64,000 nt of DNA, from positions 6,916 through 70,915 of the forward strand of contig JBGTSB010000003.1 in NCBI GenBank assembly GCA_041940525.1, in the 5' to 3' direction. This DNA comes from Hyphomicrobium sp. Its GTDB lineage: Bacteria > Pseudomonadota > Alphaproteobacteria > Rhizobiales > Hyphomicrobiaceae. Shown piece by piece: positions 30,146 through 37,067 of this stretch. The translations under genes and the position numbers were made by a program. Position 1 is the stretch's first letter. Every line of letters begins with the position of its first letter. The notes under the pieces were generated by a model. It worked only from the letters and a program-made list of their open reading frames with translations, was not told the origin of the DNA and ran no database searches.

Positions 30146-30427
30146 ATGCATTCCGAGATCTACACCGACAATGAAGGCTCATGGCGATGGCGTCTCGTCG
30201 CCGGAGCGGGCGACACGATTGCATGCTCGAATGACGGCTATGCAAATTACGCTGACTGCCTAACGGGCCTCGACCAGGTCAAGGCTTGGGGCGCATCCCA
30301 CTCCAGCTCAAGACCAGCGGCCAGCGCGCTCCCCGCCGATCCCAGACGCGTCCCGGCCATGTACCAAGAACCGACCGCCGAAAACGCCGCGCTATTCGCG
30401 ATGCTGGACCAGCTGCTGAACAGGTGA
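30146..30427 (+). CDS. YegP/DUF1508-like small protein
   Basis: MHSEIYTDNEGSWRWRLVAGAGDTIACSNDGYANYADCLTGLDQVK fits the DUF1508 repeat pattern (Y.D..g.wRwrL.a.nG..ia.S..Y). Confidence 0.6.
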   Translation: MHSEIYTDNEGSWRWRLVAGAGDTIACSNDGYANYADCLTGLDQVKAWGASHSSSRPAASALPADPRRVPAMYQEPTAENAALFAMLDQLLNR

Positions 30428-30458
30428 GGCTGCGACTTTCTGGCCAAAGGCCCACTTG

Positions 30459-31946
30459 TCAGCGCGACAGGTGAAGTGACAGCACCCGCTCGCCGATACC
30501 TTGAAAAACACTCACCAGCTCTTCGCCCGAGTTAGCCAAGAACGCATGCGAGGAGCTTGTCGCGCAGGTGCTCAACAGAGTCGCGGCCGATGAACTCACT
30601 TCAAAGCCGACAGTATAAACCTCGATGCCCTTGTCCTTCATGCCTGCGCACAGAGATAGAGCCTGATCCGCTGAGCTTCCGTTCGCCGCAGATTGGTAGG
30701 CCCGTGCGCCAACCCGATAGCCCTCAGGCGAAAACTGATTGTTGTAATCACCGTCGGTCATGAGGACGGCGATCTTGCGTATGGTTTTGTCACCGGGAGC
30801 AGGATAGGCGGCTGGATCGTCGGACGTGCCGTCCCAGACGTCTTTCCAGTTCGGCGATAGCGTATACCAGGCCCACGCCGTCCCAAGTTGACCGGCCGTG
30901 CCGCCCTTCGCAGACAGGCCATCAACTAAGGAGACGAGGTCATCCTTATTGTTGGTAAGCGGCATGACCGCGCTCGCAGCGCCTGGGCTGCAGCCGAACT
31001 CGACCGGCGTGCTGTCGTCGTAGCTTCGGCCTTCGCGCATGGCCGTCATCAGGTAGCTGTCGGGACCAGGGACGTCATCGGTAAATCGCAACGGGCCCGT
31101 GCGCTCGGCCACGCAAGCGGTTGGGTGGTAGTAGTAGGTCTGTGTCTTATAAACCCAGTTTCCGCCTTGCTTGACCCAACCGGTCTCGCTGTAGGTCTTC
31201 ACGGCCGGCGTCGGGCCGGCGGCCACTGCGCGGGGCGCGCTGGGCAAGCGCACACCATCGGAAAACGGCACGAGCGACACGCGCACGCGCGAGCGCAGCC
31301 CTTCGGTCGCGAGCATTGTGTTGATGAGCTGCTTGGCGGCCAGCTTCATCGCATCCAGCTTCGAGCCGCTGGAGCAAGGACTATCGTGGAGGCCAGGTGC
31401 GTAGTCACACATGGAACCAGTCACGTCTAGCATGAGCGAGAGTTCAAACATGCTGTTGGTGATGGTGGCTTCACTCTCCACACGCAGTGGCAGGTCGCCA
31501 GAGCTGAAAACGTCGGAGAAGAGTGTCGAAATCCTAACTTCACCGTCAGCGACGACGGATTTGCCGCGAACTTCGAAATCGATTGTTTCTTGAGTAGCGC
31601 CGGACCAGAGGCTCTTCTGCCGGTTCAGACTGAAAATCTCCCGCGCGGCCTGAATGGCGCCTGCCGTATCGGCCTGATTAGTCTGCAGCCGCGCGGCTCC
31701 GGCCAGCACACCCGCATCAAGAGCAACCTGCAAGTCGGATTGAGCTGTAGCCCAGCGGCCCAATTCCAAGGCAGCCGTCACTGAAAAAACCAGAACAGCA
31801 ATACTGGCTGCGAATATCGGAGCGACGGATCCACGGTCATCTCCTAAGCGAAGCCAGCTCCTTCGCGTCTTTTGCCCCCCCCTATAACCAACGCGCTGAA
31901 CAAATATCCAAAGCATCGAAGTATTCCTATGAGGCGTTGGATACAA
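30459..31946 (-). CDS. TadE/TadG-like N-terminal domain protein with a vWA domain
   Basis: The N-terminus GSVAPIFAASIAVLVFSVTAALELGRW is a TadE/G-like pseudopilin-type segment. A vWA-like MIDAS is present (LMLDVTGSM...). No tad locus is nearby. Confidence 0.65.
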   Translation of the reverse strand: MYPTPHRNTSMLWIFVQRVGYRGGQKTRRSWLRLGDDRGSVAPIFAASIAVLVFSVTAALELGRWATAQSDLQVALDAGVLAGAARLQTNQADTAGAIQAAREIFSLNRQKSLWSGATQETIDFEVRGKSVVADGEVRISTLFSDVFSSGDLPLRVESEATITNSMFELSLMLDVTGSMCDYAPGLHDSPCSSGSKLDAMKLAAKQLINTMLATEGLRSRVRVSLVPFSDGVRLPSAPRAVAAGPTPAVKTYSETGWVKQGGNWVYKTQTYYYHPTACVAERTGPLRFTDDVPGPDSYLMTAMREGRSYDDSTPVEFGCSPGAASAVMPLTNNKDDLVSLVDGLSAKGGTAGQLGTAWAWYTLSPNWKDVWDGTSDDPAAYPAPGDKTIRKIAVLMTDGDYNNQFSPEGYRVGARAYQSAANGSSADQALSLCAGMKDKGIEVYTVGFEVSSSAATLLSTCATSSSHAFLANSGEELVSVFQGIGERVLSLHLSR

Positions 31947-32209
31947 GCTTCGCCGCTGGCGGCAGCTACATCAAACTTAAGATATCTAATAGGAAAACGC
32001 GGAGTAAATTTAACGCGGGGTTAGCCATGTTCTTCGCGATGCGGATCAAGGCGCATCGAGCCGGTAAAGCGTTGCCAAGAGCGCCGCCGGGCGCGCGCGA
32101 TAGGGTGTTTCCAGGCCGGCCGGACGCAGCCCTTCATCTACGCAAAGTGTTCCCTGCGAAACAGTCCTGTCTCAAGAAAGCAGCCAGCCTATCGGTTAGC
32201 GAACCGGTC

Positions 32210-32785
32210 ATGTCTGCCAAAGGGAGTCGCGCCATGAACGCCTTTATGCGCTTTTTCGATTCATTCGCTTCGCCGCTATTCAGCGAAGACGCCGAAGGCC
32301 GCCAGGTATACTTCCCGAGTGGGGCATGGGGTGCCGGCTATCTTCCCAAAGACGCAGCAGCCGCGGACAAACTTCGCACCAAGGTCCGCTACAGCTTCAT
32401 CGTCTTTTTCGTAGTCGTGCTGCCGGTCGTCATTCAATTCATCCCGTTGGACAACCCAGGCGACGTCCCGTTCCTGATGGGCGTAAGCATCGGCATCGGA
32501 TTGATCTTCAACATCGTGTTGCGCTTCTACGCGCTTGGCCTTCAGCGTTCCGATGCGCGCATCACGTTTGGCGAAGCAAGGCAGCGCCATCTGAAAACCC
32601 TCGGCCGCGGCTGGCTGATTGCGATGATCATTCTGTCGCTCCCGCTCATCGGCCTCGGCGCCGCGATCTTAGCCATCGGCGAACCAGAAGCGGCATGGCT
32701 CGGCTGGACGCTGATCGCGATGTTCGGCGCATGCCTGGTGACATTCATCGTGAGCCTGCGCGCACACACGCGTGCGAAAGCGTGA
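32210..32785 (+). CDS. Hypothetical polytopic membrane protein
   Basis: Four predicted hydrophobic helices (FIVFFVVVLPVVIQFI, MGVSIGIGLIFNIVLRFYAL, LIAMIILSLPLIGLGAAILAI, LGWTLIAMFGACLVTFIV). The start is uncertain (ATG 32210 or 32234). The upstream part of ORF 31937 looks non-coding. Confidence 0.4.
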   Translation: MSAKGSRAMNAFMRFFDSFASPLFSEDAEGRQVYFPSGAWGAGYLPKDAAAADKLRTKVRYSFIVFFVVVLPVVIQFIPLDNPGDVPFLMGVSIGIGLIFNIVLRFYALGLQRSDARITFGEARQRHLKTLGRGWLIAMIILSLPLIGLGAAILAIGEPEAAWLGWTLIAMFGACLVTFIVSLRAHTRAKA

Positions 32786-32906
32786 ACTCAGACCGAAGGC
32801 ACGTGTCAAAATCCGGCGCAGACGTTTCGCTGAAGTGCGAGCGTTTACGCCCGTCTGCGATATTGCTACCACGATCTGAACGAGACTGAGTGGAGAGCGG
32901 TTCGTC

Positions 32907-33293
32907 ATGAGCGTCGTGCTAGTTGCTATCGCAATCGGCCTGGTGGTGGTCACGGTGTGCGGTGGATACCTGCTGCTGTTGTCACGTGTCGATGCCTACA
33001 AAGAGGACCGGCGCTTGCGGCAGGTATGGGGGCGCGAGACCGATCGACCTCCACCGTGGGAGCAGCCCACCGTCTTTGACGATTCCGGACCGCAATGGCG
33101 CAAGGCTCAATTTTCGGTGCTCATGGATCGGCTAACGTTGGTCAAAACGAACGATCATGAAGACTATCTTTTCAGGCAGGACTATCTCCGCGATCGCGAG
33201 ACGGGCCAGTTGTGGCGACTGACGACCGAGGAGCCAAATATGAGCCAGTTTCTGAGATTGACGCCCGTCGAAAAAATACCAGACGACAATTGA
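32907..33293 (+). CDS. Hypothetical protein with an N-terminal TM anchor
   Basis: 128-aa ORF with N-terminus MSVVLVAIAIGLVVVTVCGGYLLLL. I do not recognise any family. Confidence 0.4.
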   Translation: MSVVLVAIAIGLVVVTVCGGYLLLLSRVDAYKEDRRLRQVWGRETDRPPPWEQPTVFDDSGPQWRKAQFSVLMDRLTLVKTNDHEDYLFRQDYLRDRETGQLWRLTTEEPNMSQFLRLTPVEKIPDDN

Positions 33294-33501
33294 CAGCTCG
33301 GTGCCTGCGATGACCCTAGCTGAGCCTGCCGTGATCTTGCTGCTTGTCGCCGGCTACATCGCACTGGTCGCAGGCGTGCTCGCCGGAACTTGGCTGCACT
33401 TCATGCCGCAGTGAAGGCTGCAATGCCGGACTAACCTCTAAGAGCGTAAGTCATCGAAGGCAGGCGTTGTCAGGCGGCTCGCACGGTCTGCGACGCGCTC
33501 A

Positions 33502-33801
33502 CTAGGGCAAGCAAAGCCACGCGCCGAGGCACGTTTTCGGCGGGCCGACTTTGCAGCCGGTCTGCGAGGCGCGGCACGTCGTGGTGCCAGCCCCGTCTTT
33601 GCACGATGTCTTCACAGGGCCTCTGCCTTCACGGCCCTGGCTGGCCATGATGTTCGCAAGACCGTTCGTCGCAAAAAGCTTTGCCATGTCGTGGGTGATC
33701 GCTTCGCCGACCGATCCGACTTTCACGCAGTCGGCCTGAGCGGACGCCGCAAACGCGCACATCATCGCCGTTGCGGCCAAGCCGAGTTTCAAAGAGCGCA
33801 T
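33502..33801 (-). CDS. Small secreted Cys-rich protein (hypothetical)
   Basis: The internal ATG 33801 gives MRSLKLGLAATAMMCAFAASAQA as a signal peptide. The mature part has 7 Cys (from CVKVG... to ...TCLGAWLCLP). Confidence 0.45.
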   Translation of the reverse strand: MRSLKLGLAATAMMCAFAASAQADCVKVGSVGEAITHDMAKLFATNGLANIMASQGREGRGPVKTSCKDGAGTTTCRASQTGCKVGPPKTCLGAWLCLP

Positions 33802-34105
33802 GAGCCCCTCCGAAATTTGAACGATGCCAAGCCGAAACGCTAGTCGAGCCCACGCCCCCCGACAATGGACTTGAGCCCGCCGAACGAGCGTTTGCGCCGC
33901 GACGCCCGAAAACCGTACCGCAATTGCCACGCTGGGCGGGGGTGGGGCCGGGAGGTGGGTGGATCACTGTACGGGTCGCGATCACGTTCATCGTGAGCCC
34001 ACCCTCACTCACTGTGAGTGTTGGGCCTGACGCAGAACAATAGATAGGGCTCAGCGCCCATATGAGCTTGCCTGTCGGAATATCGCCACCGGCGATAATT
34101 TATTG

Positions 34106-34133
34106 TTGCCAGCGATACAGCGAATCATACATT
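34106..34133 (+). promoter_or_regulatory. Candidate sigma70-like promoter for the RT module and its leader
   Basis: TTGCCA (34106-34111), 16-nt spacer, TACATT (34128-34133), in the AT-rich part of the 566-nt divergent intergenic region. Called by eye only. Confidence 0.2.
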
Positions 34134-34144
34134 TAGATCAACAT

Positions 34145-34300
34145 CGTTTGGAAGACATGCGGATAGTCGTAGTCAGCTGGGACGACATGTCCTGTTGTGG
34201 TGAAGAAGGGCACCCCAAAACACAATCCGCCGTCGCAGGCCAGGGCCGCCGCGCCCGCCCGCGACGCGCGGGCGCGGTATGATGTTCAAGGTTCCAACCG
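34145..34300 (+). ncRNA. Speculative retron msr-msd ncRNA candidate in the leader of the RT module
   Basis: CGTTTGGAA (34145-34153) pairs with TTCCAACCG (34292-34300) in 8 of 9 positions, and G34154 sits at the junction. Inside are the hairpin 34154-34191 and a 10-bp GC hairpin, CCGCGCCCGC (34249-34258) with GCGGGCGCGG (34268-34277). No long perfect a1/a2 repeat was found. Confidence 0.2.
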
Positions 34301-34367
34301 TCGTTTTTCCGATCCCCAAAGTTCGCGACGACTCGCAATGACGTGGGTTGCTTTGAGGGAGACTAAC

Positions 34368-34478
34368 ATGTCGGAAAGACCAAGCGACAAACGGCGGGCG
34401 CGTCCAGGATACAAGCTTCTCTGGAAATTGATCATTTTGATCGCGAGGATGCTTGCATGGATCTTCGATCTAATCTGA
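34368..34478 (+). CDS. 36-aa single-TM peptide, first ORF of the RT module (hypothetical)
   Basis: SD GAGGGAG lies 6-7 nt upstream of ATG 34368. The product is MSERPSDKRRARPGYKLLWKLIILIARMLAWIFDLI, with a basic N-terminus and one hydrophobic helix. The upstream part of ORF 34197-34478 is Arg-rich and looks non-coding. Confidence 0.4.
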   Translation: MSERPSDKRRARPGYKLLWKLIILIARMLAWIFDLI

Positions 34479-34825
34479 CGGCGCGCACCTTGTCATCTGA
34501 GCAAATTGGGAGGCTGCAAGTGCTAAATGAGAGCTTGAAGATTCTCCGGCTGTATCTCGGGCTGACCCAGTCGCAGTTGGCGAAGGATCTCGGCATATCT
34601 CAATCATATGTTTCGGAAATTGAACGCGGCGAAAAAGATGTCACGCTAGATCTTTTGCAAAAGTACAGCGACAAGCTTGAGGTGCCTTTGTCATCACTGA
34701 TCTTTTTTGCAGAGAATCTTGATGGAGTTCCGCCCAAATCTCAGCGACGGATCTTTATTGCTGAGAAGGTCCTTAAGCTCCTTAAACACATGGCTCCCGG
34801 AGATGCAGAAGAAAACAAAAACTGA
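34457..34825 (+). CDS. XRE (Cro/C1) family helix-turn-helix protein
   Basis: LKILRLYLGLTQSQLAKDLGISQSYVSEIERGEKDVTLDLLQKYSDKL is a canonical HTH_3 motif. An alternative in-frame GTG start at 34520 has a stronger SD (GGGAGG, 34508-34513). The stop lies 10 nt before the RT start. Confidence 0.8.
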   Translation: MDLRSNLTARTLSSEQIGRLQVLNESLKILRLYLGLTQSQLAKDLGISQSYVSEIERGEKDVTLDLLQKYSDKLEVPLSSLIFFAENLDGVPPKSQRRIFIAEKVLKLLKHMAPGDAEENKN

Positions 34826-34835
34826 GATCTATCCT

Positions 34836-35825
34836 ATGACTCGGTCGCCACTTTTCCAGCTCCCAACCCGCAGGCGGCTTGCTCAGCTATTGGGCTTCAA
34901 ACTATCAACATTAGAAAAGCTCATAGAGTCTCGCGAACAGAACTACTGGTATAAGGAAGAGCTTATTGCCAACAAAGTGAGAAAGATCGCTCGCCCCTTC
35001 GGAGCAATGGACAAGACCCACGCCATTCTCGCCAACCTTTTGAATAGGGTAGAACAGCCCAATTGGCTCAGTTCGCCCAGGCGCAATATGACGACCGTCC
35101 GCAACGCTGCTAAGCACCTGGGCGCGGCAAGACTGACGTCACTCGATATCAAAAAGTTCTATCCGTCCACCACAGATGAACATGTTTTCAAGCTGTTTCA
35201 TTTTGGCTTTGAGATGCCCGATGACGTGGCTGGTATGCTGACCAAGCTGGTCACAGTTCATGCCCGTGTTCCGTTTGGGTCGCCACTGAGCCCAATTCTC
35301 TGCGCGATCGTTCATCGTGAGCTGTTTGATGAGGTTGAGCAACTGTGCATCACTCACGATGCCATCGCGACCGTCTGGGTTGATGATGTCGTAGTCTCAG
35401 GCTCAGACATATCCGACAAGTTAGAGTTTCAAATTAAAGGCGCGATCAAAAAGCGCCAGTTGAACTATCACAAAGTTCACCGCCGACGTGCCAAACGTGG
35501 GTTAGTGGTGACGGGTGTGCATGTGTCGGCGAACGGATTGGCGCCAGCCAATAAGCTTCACAAAAAGATGCGAGATGGCATGGTTGAGCTGAACAATGCA
35601 TCATCCTCTGATGACAAGTTGCGCCTATTACGCTCGCTAATTGGACTCAATGTGCACATGGCTAGCATATACGATGAAGGTGACGCTCGGAAGCAGAGAC
35701 TCCTGAAGCAGCGGCAGTGGCTACACAATGAACGGCGCAGGACCGAGCGCCTGCTTGAAAAATGCCCAAGTCCAGAAAATTGCGAAGCGCGTCACGCGCT
35801 AGTTTCACAGAGACCACCCTTCTAG
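34836..35825 (+). CDS. Retron-type reverse transcriptase (329 aa)
   Basis: RT motifs are present: NAAKH (35103-35117) directly before LDIKKFYPS, VPFGSPLSPILCAI, the WVDD catalytic box (35376-35387), and RGLVVTGVHV with VTG at 35508-35516. The layout is collinear with my recollection of Ec86 RT. G+C is lower than in the flanking genes. Confidence 0.85.
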   Translation: MTRSPLFQLPTRRRLAQLLGFKLSTLEKLIESREQNYWYKEELIANKVRKIARPFGAMDKTHAILANLLNRVEQPNWLSSPRRNMTTVRNAAKHLGAARLTSLDIKKFYPSTTDEHVFKLFHFGFEMPDDVAGMLTKLVTVHARVPFGSPLSPILCAIVHRELFDEVEQLCITHDAIATVWVDDVVVSGSDISDKLEFQIKGAIKKRQLNYHKVHRRRAKRGLVVTGVHVSANGLAPANKLHKKMRDGMVELNNASSSDDKLRLLRSLIGLNVHMASIYDEGDARKQRLLKQRQWLHNERRRTERLLEKCPSPENCEARHALVSQRPPF

Positions 35826-35938
35826 TGTGATGTTAGATTTTGGCTGGTGCTCCCCACGCCCTTGCATCCCGCACCGGCCTTGCCACATGATCGGCCATCA
35901 CCGCACACCCACGCGCGGCAAGCAGCAAAGGCGGGTCA

Positions 35939-36769
35939 ATGGCCCTCAGCCCGGAAGAAATTGAACGCTATAAGCGCCACCTGGTGCTGAAAGAGATTGG
36001 CGGCCAAGGCCAGGCCAAGCTCAAGGCCGCGCGCGTGCTCGTCATCGGCGCCGGGGGGCTGGGCTCGCCCATCATCACCTATCTCGCGGCGGCGGGCGTC
36101 GGTACGATCGGCGTCATCGATGATGACGTCGTCAGCCTCGACAATCTGCAGCGTCAGATCATTCACGCCACGGCGGACGTCGGCACGGCCAAGGTCGATA
36201 GCGCAAAGGCGGCGGTCGCGCGTCTCAATCCGAACGTCACGCTGGAAGCCATCCCCGAACGGCTGACGGCCGGGAACGCGATGGACGTGATCGGCCGTTA
36301 CGATCTGGTCGCCGACGGCTCGGACAATTTCGCAACGCGCTATCTCGTCTCGGACGCCTGCTACCTCGCCGGCAAACCATTGGTGTTTGCCGCGGTCGGT
36401 CCGCTCGACGGGCATCTGACCACGCTCAAACCGCACCTGAGCGATGCCAGTGGCGCGCGTTACCCAACCTACCGCTGCATCTTCCCCGAGCCGCCGGAGC
36501 CGGGAACGGTCCCGAACTGTTCTGAAGTCGGCGTGCTGGGCGCCATCGTCGGCGTGATCGGAACGCTGGCCGCCACGGAGATCCTGAAGGAGCTCACCGG
36601 AACGGGCGAAAGCCTGGCCGGCCGGTTGCTGCTCTACGATGCCAAGGCCACGCGCTTCGAGACGATCACCCTGCAATGGGACCCGGACAACCCGCTCTCC
36701 GGCAATACCCCAACGATCCGCGATCTCTCCGCCCACGCAGGCGCCAACGGCGGCGTTTGCGCTGCATAA
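35939..36769 (+). CDS. moeB: Molybdopterin-synthase adenylyltransferase (HesA/MoeB/ThiF family)
   Basis: RYKRHLVLKEIGGQGQAKLKAARVLVIGAGGLGSPIITYLAAAGVGTIGVIDDDVVSLDNLQRQIIH, plus a CxxC-type region (YRCIFPEPPEPGTVPNCSE). Confidence 0.85.
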   Translation: MALSPEEIERYKRHLVLKEIGGQGQAKLKAARVLVIGAGGLGSPIITYLAAAGVGTIGVIDDDVVSLDNLQRQIIHATADVGTAKVDSAKAAVARLNPNVTLEAIPERLTAGNAMDVIGRYDLVADGSDNFATRYLVSDACYLAGKPLVFAAVGPLDGHLTTLKPHLSDASGARYPTYRCIFPEPPEPGTVPNCSEVGVLGAIVGVIGTLAATEILKELTGTGESLAGRLLLYDAKATRFETITLQWDPDNPLSGNTPTIRDLSAHAGANGGVCAA

Positions 36770-36845
36770 ATCACTCTCGCGTTCGTCTGAAAATCAGCGT
36801 ATCTCTGGCGCCAAGAGGCATGAGTTTGTCAGCTGGGCAAAGCTA

Positions 36846-37049
36846 ATGACACGACGCGTCACACGTATCGCTTGGATGCTCACCGGCATCTTTCTCGCTG
36901 TGGGAGCAGCGGCCAGCCTGGTGTTGCTCTATGGCACGCCGAACCGCAGCTGGAGCCAGATCCTGGTCGAGATCTCGGCCTTCGCCGACATCATCGCGAT
37001 TCTGTTCTGGCTTTTGATCTTCGCGATCTATTGGTCCCGCCGGCGCTGA
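36846..37049 (+). CDS. Small two-TM membrane protein (hypothetical)
   Basis: MTRRVTRIAWMLTGIFLAVGAAASLVLLY...ISAFADIIAILFWLLIFAIYWSRRR. The upstream part of ORF 36639 looks non-coding. Confidence 0.4.
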   Translation: MTRRVTRIAWMLTGIFLAVGAAASLVLLYGTPNRSWSQILVEISAFADIIAILFWLLIFAIYWSRRR

Positions 37050-37067
37050 CGGGACCAACGATTAGTC

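Noticed and set aside
34197-34367. Upstream extension of the small peptide ORF (the 93-aa version starting at GTG 34197).
   Set aside because: This part translates to Arg/Ala-rich sequence that runs through the GC hairpins and has no SD. The internal ATG 34368 has a strong SD. I therefore treat 34197-34367 as non-coding leader.
35826-35938. Possible msr-msd location downstream of the RT.
   Set aside because: It is only 113 nt, I could see no notable inverted repeats, and its composition already resembles the GC-rich moeB flank.
35936-36736. 266-aa minus-strand ORF opposite moeB.
   Set aside because: The plus-strand product has clear MoeB/ThiF motifs. The antisense product is Arg/Asp/Gly-rich and looks like nonsense.
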